Source: an uncultured Candidatus Rokubacteria bacterium
Lineage (GTDB): Bacteria; Methylomirabilota; Methylomirabilia; Rokubacteriales; CSP1-6
Direction: 5' to 3'
Assembly (NCBI GenBank): GCA_963754315.1
Contig: CAVWFS010000008.1
Location: forward strand, 224,001 to 288,000
Length of the DNA: 64,000 bases
Positions 29,781-39,574 of the stretch are shown piece by piece; the stretch's first letter is position 1; each line of letters opens with the position of its first letter. The position numbers and the translations under genes were made by a program. The notes beneath the pieces are model-generated. The model saw only the letters and a program-made list of their open reading frames with translations, did not search any database and had not been told where the DNA came from.

Positions 29781-29846
29781 GTCTACCGAGACCGCGGCAG
29801 CTCCTCGGGGGGCGTCCCGCTCGCCTACGACATGCAGGCGCGCGCC

Positions 29847-30632
29847 TCAGCCGACGAAGACGCCCCCCGAGGGGTGCAGGATCTCGCCGGTGAAGTACGC
29901 GGCCTCATCCGAAGCGAGAAACAGCGCGGTGCTGGCGACCTCCTCCGGTGTCCCGAAGCGGCCCATGGGGGTCATGCCCATTGCCCGGCGTGAACGATTC
30001 GCGTCGGCGCGCAAGGTCGCCGTCATCGGTGTCTCGATGAACCCGGGCCCGATCGCGTTGACGCGGATTCCCTCCGATGCGAGCTCCTGCGCCAGGCACT
30101 TGGTGAGCATCCAGACGCCGGCCTTGCTCACACTGTAGGCCCCACCGCGCAAGGGCATCTTCGACATGATGGATCCCAGATTGATGATGCTCCCACGCCG
30201 GTGGTGGGTGACCATCCATCGGGCCACCGCTCGGTTCGAGTACAGCACTCCGTAGAGGTTGACGTCGACGACCCGGCGAAATTGCTCGGTCGGCACGCTG
30301 AGGACCGTGTGAGGCTGGTCGGAGTCGGTTGCCGGCCGTCGTGGGCTGCCTACTCCGGCCGCAGCCACGAGGATGTCGACCGCTCCCAGGGCGTCGACGC
30401 AGCGGTTGACCATGACCTCGTTGGCCGCCTCGTCCGTGGTGTCGACCTGCACGGCCAACGAGGTCTGCCTCGTGCCGTTCAAGGTCTTCACGGTATCTGA
30501 GGCCGCGCTCAGGTCGAGGTCAGCGACGCACACCTTGGCCCCTTCCGCCGCGAACCGTAGCGCACACGCCCGGCCGATGCCGCTGCCGCCGCCGGTGATC
30601 AGCGCAATCTTGTCCGTGAGCCGTCCGGCCAT
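29847..30632 (-). CDS. SDR family oxidoreductase
   Basis: TGGGSGIG, YSVSK, IRVNAIGPG. Confidence 0.93.
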   Translation of the reverse strand: MAGRLTDKIALITGGGSGIGRACALRFAAEGAKVCVADLDLSAASDTVKTLNGTRQTSLAVQVDTTDEAANEVMVNRCVDALGAVDILVAAAGVGSPRRPATDSDQPHTVLSVPTEQFRRVVDVNLYGVLYSNRAVARWMVTHHRRGSIINLGSIMSKMPLRGGAYSVSKAGVWMLTKCLAQELASEGIRVNAIGPGFIETPMTATLRADANRSRRAMGMTPMGRFGTPEEVASTALFLASDEAAYFTGEILHPSGGVFVG

Positions 30633-30698
30633 GCTGAGATCCTCCCATCGCTCGATGTCAGCTTCGGAGCTGAAGCGTGCGCCAGCGCGTGACGCCGG

Positions 30699-31868
30699 TC
30701 AAGAACCATGGGCGAGGGTGAGGCATAGCAGGTCGATCATGCGATCGATCTCGTCACGAGACACCGTGAGGGCCGGCATGAATCGAAGCGTGTCAGGCCG
30801 AGGCGCATTGATGAGCAGGCCCTGCTCCAGAGCGGCCCGGGCTACCTTGACGGCATCCTGTCCTTGGAGCGCCAGCGCCACGAGTAGACCCCGTCCGCGC
30901 ACCTCACCGTGTCCGAGGTCCGCGGAGAGGATCCGCAGCCGCTCCTGCAGATAGTGACCGTTGGCCACCACCGCCGCCAGGAACGCGGGATTGCTCACGG
31001 TTTCCACGACGGCGCAGCCGACGGCGGCCATGAGGGCATTGCCATTGAACGTGCCACCCTGGTCACCGGGATCGAAACAGCTGGCGCGTTCGGACGCCAC
31101 GAGGGCGGCAATCGGTACGCCTCCGCCAAGACCCTTGCCCAGGGTGACGATGTCGGGATCGATCCCGGCATGTTCGTAGCCGAATAGGTGCCCCGTGCGT
31201 CCGATCCCGGTCTGGATTTCATCGAGGATGAGCAGGAGATCCCGTTCCCGCGTCAGGCGCCGAAGGTCGCGCAACCACGCGTCGTCAGCCACGAACACGC
31301 CGGCTTCGCCCTGGATCGGTTCAAGCATGACTGCGACCGTCGCTGCGGTCACGGCCTTGTTCACGGCGTCCAGGTCACCCAGGGAGACCTTCCGGAATCC
31401 GGGAACCTTCGGTTCGAACAAGGTCTCCCAGGCGGGCTTCCCCGAGGCGGCCATGGTGGCCAGGGTGCGGCCATGGAACCCGCCATGGAACGTGATGATC
31501 TCGAAGGCTCCGCCCCGGTGGCGCGCGCCCCACTTGCGGGCGAGCTTGATGGCGCCCTCGTTCGCCTCGGCGCCGCTGTTGCACAGAAACACATCGCGCA
31601 GATGAGTGCCCTCGGCAAGCAGGCTGGCCAGCCGCGCCATGGGCTCGTTGTAGTACGCCGGACTGCAGTTGATGAGTCGGCCCGCCTGCCGATGGAGCGT
31701 ATCGGCGATGATCGAGGGCGCATGCCCGAGACAGTTGACGGCCCAGCCCTGCACGAAGTCGAGGTACTTCCGGCCATCTTCGCCCCACAACCACGATCCG
31801 CGCCCTTTCACCATGACGACCGAAGGGCGGTCGGTCACGTTCATCACGTGCTCGACGTTGCAGTTCAT
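30699..31868 (-). CDS. argD: Acetylornithine aminotransferase
   Basis: [41 protein letters not shown]; in operon with argR. Confidence 0.9.
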   Translation of the reverse strand: MNCNVEHVMNVTDRPSVVMVKGRGSWLWGEDGRKYLDFVQGWAVNCLGHAPSIIADTLHRQAGRLINCSPAYYNEPMARLASLLAEGTHLRDVFLCNSGAEANEGAIKLARKWGARHRGGAFEIITFHGGFHGRTLATMAASGKPAWETLFEPKVPGFRKVSLGDLDAVNKAVTAATVAVMLEPIQGEAGVFVADDAWLRDLRRLTRERDLLLILDEIQTGIGRTGHLFGYEHAGIDPDIVTLGKGLGGGVPIAALVASERASCFDPGDQGGTFNGNALMAAVGCAVVETVSNPAFLAAVVANGHYLQERLRILSADLGHGEVRGRGLLVALALQGQDAVKVARAALEQGLLINAPRPDTLRFMPALTVSRDEIDRMIDLLCLTLAHGS

Positions 31869-32311
31869 GTCCTTTGTCCTTCCGCATAGGGCTGGTCCGC
31901 CCTTCGCTCCATGAGCCGATCAGCGTAGCGCGCCGCCGTGAAACCGTATTGGCGGTACAACTCGTGGGCGTCCCGGGTGAACAGAGTCCACAGTCGAAGG
32001 TTCTGAAGCTCGGGATGGCTCGTGATGGCGGCCATCAGTCGCTTGCTGATGCCCTGCCCGCGATGGCTTGGGAGAACGAACACGTCGGCGACGTAGGCAT
32101 AGGTCGCGCGGTCGCTGATGACGCGGGCGAACCCTACCTGGCGCCTTCCGTCGAAGGCGGCAAAGCAGATCGAGTGCCGGACGGAGCGTTCGACCACCTC
32201 GCGGGGAATTCCGGATGCCCAGTACGACTCCACGAGGAAGCCATGAATCGTGTCGAGGTCGAACCGGTCGGGGTCACAGGTGACGGATATCGCAGCAGAC
32301 GGGTGGCCCAT
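31865..32311 (-). CDS. GNAT family N-acetyltransferase
   Basis: [18 protein letters not shown]...HRGQG, LY..YGF; stop overlaps argD start. Confidence 0.9.
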   Translation of the reverse strand: MGHPSAAISVTCDPDRFDLDTIHGFLVESYWASGIPREVVERSVRHSICFAAFDGRRQVGFARVISDRATYAYVADVFVLPSHRGQGISKRLMAAITSHPELQNLRLWTLFTRDAHELYRQYGFTAARYADRLMERRADQPYAEGQRT

Positions 32312-32332
32312 GATGTCCCTTTCCTTCCGTGG

Positions 32333-32836
32333 TCAGGCGTGGATGCGCTCGGCGGCGGATGGCATTGAGAGGGCGGTTCGCAGGCGCCGCTCGAGGCGGC
32401 GGGCGGCCGCGGGGCCGGGGGTCGCCACGAAGACCGTGTCGTCGCCGGCCACCGTGCCGATCACCTGGTCGAGGTCGGCCTCGTCCAGGGCGCGAGCGAG
32501 CGGGTGCGCGCCAGCGGGGGGAGTGCGAATGACGACCAGCGAGGCCGCCGCCCGCACAGAGAGGACGGATTCTGCCAGACGCCGATCCAATACCTGGTGG
32601 CGCATCTCGGCGGGGACGAACACGACCCCGCCGGGTGTCACGTAGCCGGCCGGGGTCTTGGCCAGGCCAAGCGCCTTGAGGTCGCGGGAGAGCGTGGGCT
32701 GGGCGACCGCGATTCCGCGCCGGCGCAGCCGCCGCTGGATCTCGTCCTGCGAGCGCACGGTCCCCTCCTGCACCACGCGGAGAATTTCGTGTCGCCGCCG
32801 CAGGCCACCGCCCCTAGGAGAATGAATATTCTTCAT
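32333..32836 (-). CDS. argR: Arginine repressor
   Basis: SQ.E, QPTLSRDL wHTH; VIRT..AGA, GTVAGDDT arginine-binding motif. Confidence 0.93.
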   Translation of the reverse strand: MKNIHSPRGGGLRRRHEILRVVQEGTVRSQDEIQRRLRRRGIAVAQPTLSRDLKALGLAKTPAGYVTPGGVVFVPAEMRHQVLDRRLAESVLSVRAAASLVVIRTPPAGAHPLARALDEADLDQVIGTVAGDDTVFVATPGPAAARRLERRLRTALSMPSAAERIHA

Positions 32837-32854
32837 GACGAATATAAATACATC
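32821..32854. promoter_or_regulatory. ARG-box-like operator overlapping argR start
   Basis: AT-rich island: CGAATATAAATACA (32839-32852) resembles TGAAT-N4-ATTCA; second imperfect site TGAATATTCTTCA (32823-32835). Confidence 0.6.
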
Positions 32855-32993
32855 ACGGCGGGCGGCGGGTCAAGGGCACCACCGCAGGGGCGGGCCGGGG
32901 ACATTTCCCCGGGCCCCCAGCACCGGGCACGGGCTATGATGGCGTCTCGTCACCGAATCCGGAGTCAACGGGCGTGAGCCGCGGGAGGTCAGC

Positions 32994-34205
32994 ATGTACG
33001 ATCTGGTATTGAAGGGGGGCACCGTGATCGATCCCTCGAGCCGCCTCGACGGTGTGCTCGACGTGGCGGTCGACAATGGCGTCATCACCCGCATCGCACC
33101 CTCTATTCCGGCCGCGGAGGCCGCGCGGGTGATCGAGGTCGGCGGCAAGATCGTCACCCCGGGGCTGATCGACCTCCACGCCCACGTCTTCGAGGGCGTC
33201 AATCGAACGGGGGTGAATCCCGACCTCGCCGGGGTCTACGCTGGGGTCACGACCATCGTGGACGCGGGGAGCGCGGGGGCGGCCACGTTCGGCGCCTTCC
33301 CGCGCCTCATCATTCCGCACTGCCACACGGAGATCGTGCCCTTCCTGCACATCTGCCAGACGGGGCTGGCCACCATGCCGGACATCATCGCCGAGAGCAG
33401 CGTGAATCTCGACGACACGGTGCGCGTCGCCAGCCAGCACCACGGGCTCATTGCGGGGATCAAGGCGCGCATGGTGTCACCCGCCCTCGAGATCATGGGC
33501 ATGGAGATGCCGAAGCTGGCCAAGCGCGCCGCGCGCGAGGTCGGCATCAAGCTCATGGTGCACATCGGCGACACCGAGAAGCGCTACGACCCGAAGGTGA
33601 TTCATCCCCTGCTCTCGCTGCTGGAGCCGGGCGACATCCTGACGCACTACTTCACCCCCAATCCGGGCGGGGTTCTCGACACAAACGGCAAGCTGGTGCC
33701 GGAGGCCCGGGAGGCGGCCGACCGTGGAGTGTGGTTCGACACCGCGCATGGCCGGATGAACTTCAGCTTCGACGTGGGCCGCCGTATCATCGAGCAAGGA
33801 TTGCTGCCTCACTGCATCAGCACCGATCTCACCGTGCCCGGGCGCCTCAACACGGTGCACAGCATGACCGAGATGATGACCCGCTTTCTGGGTCTCGGCT
33901 TCACCCTGCCCCAGGTGATCACGATGTCCACGGCCAATCCCGCCAAGGCCATCGGCGCCGAGCAGCGTCTCGGGAGTCTCGTGGTCGGACGCCAGGCCGA
34001 TATCTCGGTGCTCGAGATCCAGGACGGTGACTGGGTCGTCTATGACATTCTCGGCTCGCCCCTGCGCGTCGATCACGCTCTGACACCCCACCTGACGGTG
34101 AAGCGCGGTCGGCTCTTCACCCCCGACTACGGACCGCGCGCCTGGGGCTGGCTGCCCGACCGCGCGCTGCCGGCCGTGGCAGGAGGTTCGGGAGGTTGCT
34201 GCTGA
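32994..34205 (+). CDS. Amidohydrolase/deacetylase family metallohydrolase (dihydroorotase-like)
   Basis: PGLIDLHAH, GVTTIVDAGS, GIK, MVH, LTH, ISTD, TANPA. Confidence 0.9.
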   Translation: MYDLVLKGGTVIDPSSRLDGVLDVAVDNGVITRIAPSIPAAEAARVIEVGGKIVTPGLIDLHAHVFEGVNRTGVNPDLAGVYAGVTTIVDAGSAGAATFGAFPRLIIPHCHTEIVPFLHICQTGLATMPDIIAESSVNLDDTVRVASQHHGLIAGIKARMVSPALEIMGMEMPKLAKRAAREVGIKLMVHIGDTEKRYDPKVIHPLLSLLEPGDILTHYFTPNPGGVLDTNGKLVPEAREAADRGVWFDTAHGRMNFSFDVGRRIIEQGLLPHCISTDLTVPGRLNTVHSMTEMMTRFLGLGFTLPQVITMSTANPAKAIGAEQRLGSLVVGRQADISVLEIQDGDWVVYDILGSPLRVDHALTPHLTVKRGRLFTPDYGPRAWGWLPDRALPAVAGGSGGCC

Positions 34206-34227
34206 CCTCGCCAGGCGGCGTCCGGCC

Positions 34228-35391
34228 ATGAAAGGCAGCAGCAACCGGATTCTCACCACCCATGCCGGGAGCCTGCCTCGCCCCCCTGATCTGCTCGAGA
34301 TGTTGCGTGCGGGAGCTGAAGGTCGACCTGTCTCCAGGGACGCGCAAGCCGCGCGAGTGCGCCGAGCGGTGGCGGAGGTGGTCCGAGCTCAGGTCGATTG
34401 CGGGCTCGACATCGTGGCCGACGGTGAGATGAGCAAGCCGAGCTTCATTACCTACGTCACCGAGCGGCTGGCTGGGTTCACGCCGAGCTCGGAAGCGGGC
34501 GAGTTGCCGTGGGCGGGGTCGAAGGAAGTGCTGGCCTTTCCGGAGTTCTACACGGCGGCGCTACGCCAGAGTCCAAACGCGGCGGCGGCCCGCTTCGTCT
34601 GTACCGGTCCGGTCTCCTACCAGGGACACGCCCAGGTGCGCGCCGACATCGACAATCTCAGGGCCGCCTTAGCTGACGTCCGGGCCGAGGAGGCCTTTGT
34701 CCCGGCCATCTCACCCTCCAACGTGGAGGGTCGGCAGAGAAACGCGTACTACAAGACCGACGAGGAGTACCTGTTCGCCATCGCCGACGCCATGCACGAA
34801 GAGTACAAGGCCATCGTGGAGGCTGGGTTCATCCTGCAGATCGACGACCCGCGGCTGGTGACCTACTACATCATGGATCCGCGCTCGACGGTGGCGGACT
34901 GCCGCCGATGGGCGGAGGTGCGGGTGGAAGCGCTCAACCATGCCCTGCGGGGTATTCCGCGCGACCGGGTGCGCTTCCACACCTGCTACAGCATCAACAT
35001 GGGCCCGCGGGTCCACGATATGGAGCTCAAAGACGTGGTGGACATCATCCTGAAGGTGCGGGCGGGCGCCTATTCGTTCGAAGCGGCCAACCCGCGCCAC
35101 GAGCACGAGTGGCGTGTGTGGGAGAGCGTCACCCTGCCCGAGGATGTTCTCCTCATCCCCGGCGTCATCACCCAATCCACCGTGCTCGTCGAGCACCCGG
35201 AACTGGTGGCCCAGCGGATCGTGAGGTTTGCCGACGTAGTCGGGCGCGAGAAGGTCATCGCCGGCGCCGACTGTGGATTTGCCACCTTCGCCGGGTCGAC
35301 CGAAATCCCCCCCACCGTGGCCTGGGCGAAGCTCAAGTCCCTGACCGACGGCGCGCAGCTGGCCAGCCAGAGGCTGTGGGGTCGCGCGTAA
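34228..35391 (+). CDS. Meth_synt_2 family Zn enzyme
   Basis: ILTTHAGSLPRP, QIDDP, HTC, FEAANPRH, VEHPELVA, ADCGF. Confidence 0.9.
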   Translation: MKGSSNRILTTHAGSLPRPPDLLEMLRAGAEGRPVSRDAQAARVRRAVAEVVRAQVDCGLDIVADGEMSKPSFITYVTERLAGFTPSSEAGELPWAGSKEVLAFPEFYTAALRQSPNAAAARFVCTGPVSYQGHAQVRADIDNLRAALADVRAEEAFVPAISPSNVEGRQRNAYYKTDEEYLFAIADAMHEEYKAIVEAGFILQIDDPRLVTYYIMDPRSTVADCRRWAEVRVEALNHALRGIPRDRVRFHTCYSINMGPRVHDMELKDVVDIILKVRAGAYSFEAANPRHEHEWRVWESVTLPEDVLLIPGVITQSTVLVEHPELVAQRIVRFADVVGREKVIAGADCGFATFAGSTEIPPTVAWAKLKSLTDGAQLASQRLWGRA

Positions 35392-35433
35392 GATCCATCA
35401 CATTCGTAGGGATGACGCGAGGAGCTTGATCCT

Positions 35434-36306
35434 ATGGCGGATATGCTGAGCACGATTCTCGAAACACGCGAGGCGGAACGGCTGGCCACGGGCTTTGGCT
35501 TTACCGAGGGTCCCCTGTGGCACCCCGACGGCTTCTACTATTTCGTCGACATCCGCCGGAATACCCTCCATCGCCTGATCCCAGGAAAGGAACCCGAAGT
35601 GGTGCGGGCCGACACGGGCGAGGGCAACGGCACCACGTTCGACCTCCAAGGCCGGCTGATCCTCTGCGAGGGCGGACATCGTCGCCTCACGCGCACGTCG
35701 ACCGACGGCCGCGTCGAGGTCCTGGTAGATCGCTTCGAGGGCAAGCGTCTGAACCGTCCCAACGACGTGGTGTGTAAGTCCGACGGGAGCATCTATTTCA
35801 CCGATCCCGGCTTGCGCGTGCCCCTCGCCGAGCGCGAACTGGCCTCGGCCGGCGTCTATCGCCTCCGCCCGGACGGGTCCCTCACCCTGGTCGCGGACTG
35901 CGAGTATCCGAACGGTCTGGCCTTCTCCCCAGACGAGCGCGTGCTCTACGTGGCCAACACACGCTGGGCGCAGTACATTCACGCGCTCGAGCTCGATGAT
36001 ACGGGCTCCCTGGTGCGCCGCCGCATCTTCGCCGACATGTCGTCTGACGAGACCGACGGGGTCCCCGACGGCATGAAGGTGGACGTGGAGGGTCGGGTTT
36101 ACTGCACGGGCCCGGGGGGGACCTGGGTCTTCGCGCCCGACGGAGCGCGGCTCGGGATCATTCGCACACCGGAGGTTCCGGCCAACGTAGCCTTCGGCGG
36201 CCCCGATCTCCGGACCCTGTTCTTCACCGCCCGCACGTCCATCTACACGCTGCGTGTCAAGACGCCAGGACGACCGCATCCCTGGTATCGGACCCGCACA
36301 AGGTGA
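35434..36306 (+). CDS. SMP-30/gluconolactonase family protein
   Basis: FTEGP.W, NRPND, FTDP, PNGLAFSPD, PDGMKVD. Confidence 0.93.
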   Translation: MADMLSTILETREAERLATGFGFTEGPLWHPDGFYYFVDIRRNTLHRLIPGKEPEVVRADTGEGNGTTFDLQGRLILCEGGHRRLTRTSTDGRVEVLVDRFEGKRLNRPNDVVCKSDGSIYFTDPGLRVPLAERELASAGVYRLRPDGSLTLVADCEYPNGLAFSPDERVLYVANTRWAQYIHALELDDTGSLVRRRIFADMSSDETDGVPDGMKVDVEGRVYCTGPGGTWVFAPDGARLGIIRTPEVPANVAFGGPDLRTLFFTARTSIYTLRVKTPGRPHPWYRTRTR

Positions 36307-37216
36307 GGCCGCGCTGCTCTCTCGGCGGGCGCTCCTCTCCCTGATGGCGGCCGCCGCGGCCCAGCCGGCCAGCGCACGGGCCGCGCCCGCGATGCTCGCG
36401 CGCCCCATCCCGTCGACAAGCGAACCGATCCCCGCCGTGGGTCTCGGCACCTGGCGCACCTTCGATGTTGGCGCCTCGCCCGCTGAGCGGGAGCCGCTGC
36501 GGGAAGTGCTGCAACACTTCGTCGCCCTTGGCGGCAGGCTTGTCGATTCGTCGCCGATGTACGGAGCAGCCGAGAGCGTGGTGGGCGACCTGGCGGTCGA
36601 GCTTGGCCTTCGTGATTCGCTCTTCCTCGCGACCAAGGTCTGGACAAGTGGTCGGGAGGCCGGGGTTGCCCAGATGGATCAGTCGCGGCAGCGCCTCCGG
36701 GCCTCACGCCTCGATCTGATGCAGATTCACAACCTGCTCGACTGGCGAACCCACCTCCGCACCCTGCGCGAGTGGAAGGAGGCCGGCCGCATCCGCTACC
36801 TCGGCGTCACCCACTACACGGCCGGCGCGTACGACGAGCTGGAGCGAGTGATGCGCAGCGAGCCGCTCGATTTCCTCCAGGTCAACTACTCGCTGGGCGA
36901 GCGGGAGGCCGAGCAACGCGTGCTGCCTCTGGCCCGTGACCGCGGCCTGGCGGTGCTGGCGAACCGGCCATTCCAGGAAGGCGGCCTGTTCCGGAAGGTG
37001 CGCGGACAGTCGCTGCCGGCGTGGGCCGCCGACTTCGACTGTGAGAGCTGGGCGCAGTTCTTCCTGAAATGGATTCTTGCCCACCCGGCCGTGACCTGCG
37101 TGATTCCCGCCACCAGCCGACCCGCACATTTGGCCGACAACATGAAGGCAGGGCAGGGTCGCCTGCCCGACACGGCGACCCGGGACCGGATGGCCGCCCT
37201 CGTTGCCCAGCGCTGA
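36303..37216 (+). CDS. Aldo/keto reductase with Tat-like signal; start uncertain (GTG 36303 needs a 1-base correction, otherwise ATG 36344)
   Basis: SRRALL + hydrophobic stretch + ARA; GLGTW, DSSPMYG, ATK, IHN, IPATS. Confidence 0.85.
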
Positions 37217-37234
37217 TCAATCCCACGCTCCCGA

Positions 37235-38689
37235 TCAAGCGTAACCAGGGGGCGGCACGAAGGCCTGAAACTCGCGCTCGAGCAGCCCCGCGAAGGCCAG
37301 GCAGGTCAGGTCACCGAACTGGGGCCCGACTATCTGCACGCCCACCGGAAGCCCGGCGGCCGTGAAGCCGCACGGGGCCGCCGTGGACGGAAGATAGGAG
37401 GCGCCGCTGTATCCCGCCCAGAACAGGTGATCGGTCACGGGGCGGGGCCGCCCGTTGATGGCCAGGCTGCGCTGGTGCCGCTCGCCCTGCTGATCGTGTG
37501 GAAAGGCGGCCACCCCGGCCACCGGACAGAGGAGAAGGTCGTACTTCGTGAAGAAATCCGCCCACGCCAGACGCATGCGGTGACGCGCCTCGTTGGCGGC
37601 CAACCAGTCCCGATGATAGAGGACGTTGGCGCGCAGCGCCCGGGCATAGTAGCTCTCGTCGTCTGGCGCCAAACCGCGCGCGAGGTCGAGGTTCGCGGCG
37701 AACTCCGCGTCGTTCTGCCGACCCGAGGTCGCCGCCCTGAGGAGGCGAGCGTAGACCTTGAAGGCCTCGCCGGTATCGATGGCCGGGCGCGCGCGCTCGT
37801 CGACCTTCACCTTCTGGCGCCGTAGGAATTCCGCGAGCGCTAGCAGCCGTTCCTTCACCTGGTCATCCACTTCACTCTCGGGCGTCTCGAGCAGCAATGC
37901 CACCTTGTAGTCGCGCAGACGCTTCTGGCGCGGCGGGCGCAAGCGGAGCTGCCACCCGGCGGCCTCGATGGCCTCCGGCCCGGCCATGATCGAGAGGGCC
38001 AGGGTCAGATCGTCGGTGCTCCGCGCGAGCGGACCGACCACGTCGATGTCAACGGGGGCTATCTGTCCCGGTAAGGCCTGGCCCGTGCGCGGTACGATCC
38101 CCCAGGTCGGCTTGTGTCCGAACACGCCGCAGAAGTGTGCCGGGTTGCGGATCGAAGAACCGATGTCGCTGCCGGCCTCGAGTCCCGTGAGCCCAGCCGC
38201 CAGGGCCGCCGCCGAGCCACCCGATGATCCGCCGGGGGCGCGCGTGAGGTCCCATGGATTGTTGGTCGTACCGTAGATCGCGTTGAAGCTCTGCCAGTCG
38301 GAGAGGTACAGCGGAACGTTGGTCTTACCGAAGAGCACCGCACCCGCCCCGAGCAAGCGGTCCACGCATACCGCATTCTTCGCCGGCACATTGTCCTTGA
38401 GAGCAGGCAGACCCCAGGTGGTGGGAAGTCCGGCGACGTCGTACGACTCCTTGATGGTCATGGGGACGCCGTGCAGTGGTCCCCAGACCTCGCCGCGGGC
38501 CAGGGCCCGGTCGGCCGCCCGGGCCCGTCGGCGCGCCCGCTCCAGATCGCGGACCACGATGGCGTTGAGAACGGGGTTGTACTTCTCGACCCGCCCGAGA
38601 TAGAGCTCGAGGAGCTCCAGGCAACCGAGCTTCTTTCTGCGGATGCTGGCCGCGAGCTGCTTGGCACTGCGGAAGGGGACGTCGAGCAT
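37235..38689 (-). CDS. Amidase signature family protein
   Basis: GVPMTIKE, GKTNVP, GGSSGGS, GSDIGSSIRNPA. Confidence 0.93.
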   Translation of the reverse strand: MLDVPFRSAKQLAASIRRKKLGCLELLELYLGRVEKYNPVLNAIVVRDLERARRRARAADRALARGEVWGPLHGVPMTIKESYDVAGLPTTWGLPALKDNVPAKNAVCVDRLLGAGAVLFGKTNVPLYLSDWQSFNAIYGTTNNPWDLTRAPGGSSGGSAAALAAGLTGLEAGSDIGSSIRNPAHFCGVFGHKPTWGIVPRTGQALPGQIAPVDIDVVGPLARSTDDLTLALSIMAGPEAIEAAGWQLRLRPPRQKRLRDYKVALLLETPESEVDDQVKERLLALAEFLRRQKVKVDERARPAIDTGEAFKVYARLLRAATSGRQNDAEFAANLDLARGLAPDDESYYARALRANVLYHRDWLAANEARHRMRLAWADFFTKYDLLLCPVAGVAAFPHDQQGERHQRSLAINGRPRPVTDHLFWAGYSGASYLPSTAAPCGFTAAGLPVGVQIVGPQFGDLTCLAFAGLLEREFQAFVPPPGYA

Positions 38690-38736
38690 GAGCCGATCTC
38701 CTACTCCGCCGGAAATCGCAACGGCTTCTTCGTGAG

Positions 38737-39531
38737 CTAACCGCGCAGGAAGGTCTGGACGATCTCCGCGGTAGCCTCCGGCTGCTCCAGGTGTGGCGCA
38801 TGGCCCGCGTTCTTGACAACTTCCTGGCGCGTCCGCGGCAGCCGGCGGGCAAACTCCCCCGCATAGAGCGGAGGCACCAGGCGATCCTTCTCTCCCCAGA
38901 CGAGCAGGGTGGGAGCCTGAATGCGATGGATTCGCTTCTTGAGCCCCTTGTCGGGAATGGGCCAGATGAACTTGCCAGTGGCCCCCATGGCCCAGGTCAG
39001 CCGTGTGCGAGCGAGCGCGGCCTCGTCGAAGTTCTCGGGAATCGAAAACAGCGCCTTGGCGGGCGCGCTCTCAGGGTCGACGAAGACGTACTTCGGCAGG
39101 TCCACGGGGGCGACGAGCATCCAGTTGGTCACCGGCGCGTCGTCCCGCCACAGTCCGATGGGGTCGACGAGCACCAGCCGCGGGATGCGAGATGATCGCA
39201 GGGCCGCCAGCTCGCATGCCACCATGGCCCCGAAGGAGTGGCCGGCGAGCATCACGTCAGACAGCTTCAGGTGATCGAGCAGCTCGTCGTAGCAGAGGAC
39301 CAGATCCCACAGGTTGTCGATGTGCTGCACGGCGTCGGGCAAGCCCGCAGTGGTCCCGGGATGCTCCGGGGCGTACACGGTGAAATTGCGTGCCAGCGCG
39401 TCCAGAAACGGCCCCCATGTCAGGCCCCACGGCCCATGAAAGTACATCACGGCCGGGCCTTGGCCTTTGACGTGGACTCGAAAGGGAACCTGCCCTTGCC
39501 ACACCGTGACGCTCTGCTGATGCGTCGCCAT
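38737..39531 (-). CDS. Alpha/beta fold hydrolase
   Basis: HG, GHSFG nucleophile elbow, WGEKD, AGH. Confidence 0.9.
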   Translation of the reverse strand: MATHQQSVTVWQGQVPFRVHVKGQGPAVMYFHGPWGLTWGPFLDALARNFTVYAPEHPGTTAGLPDAVQHIDNLWDLVLCYDELLDHLKLSDVMLAGHSFGAMVACELAALRSSRIPRLVLVDPIGLWRDDAPVTNWMLVAPVDLPKYVFVDPESAPAKALFSIPENFDEAALARTRLTWAMGATGKFIWPIPDKGLKKRIHRIQAPTLLVWGEKDRLVPPLYAGEFARRLPRTRQEVVKNAGHAPHLEQPEATAEIVQTFLRG

Positions 39532-39574
39532 CAGCGGTATCCGCCTTCCTCACTTGCGTGCTGGCCCGCGCACC

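Noticed and set aside
34197..34230. Selenocysteine read-through at TGC-TGC-TGA
   Set aside because: No convincing SECIS hairpin; the next gene starts 22 nt later and read-through gives nothing recognisable.
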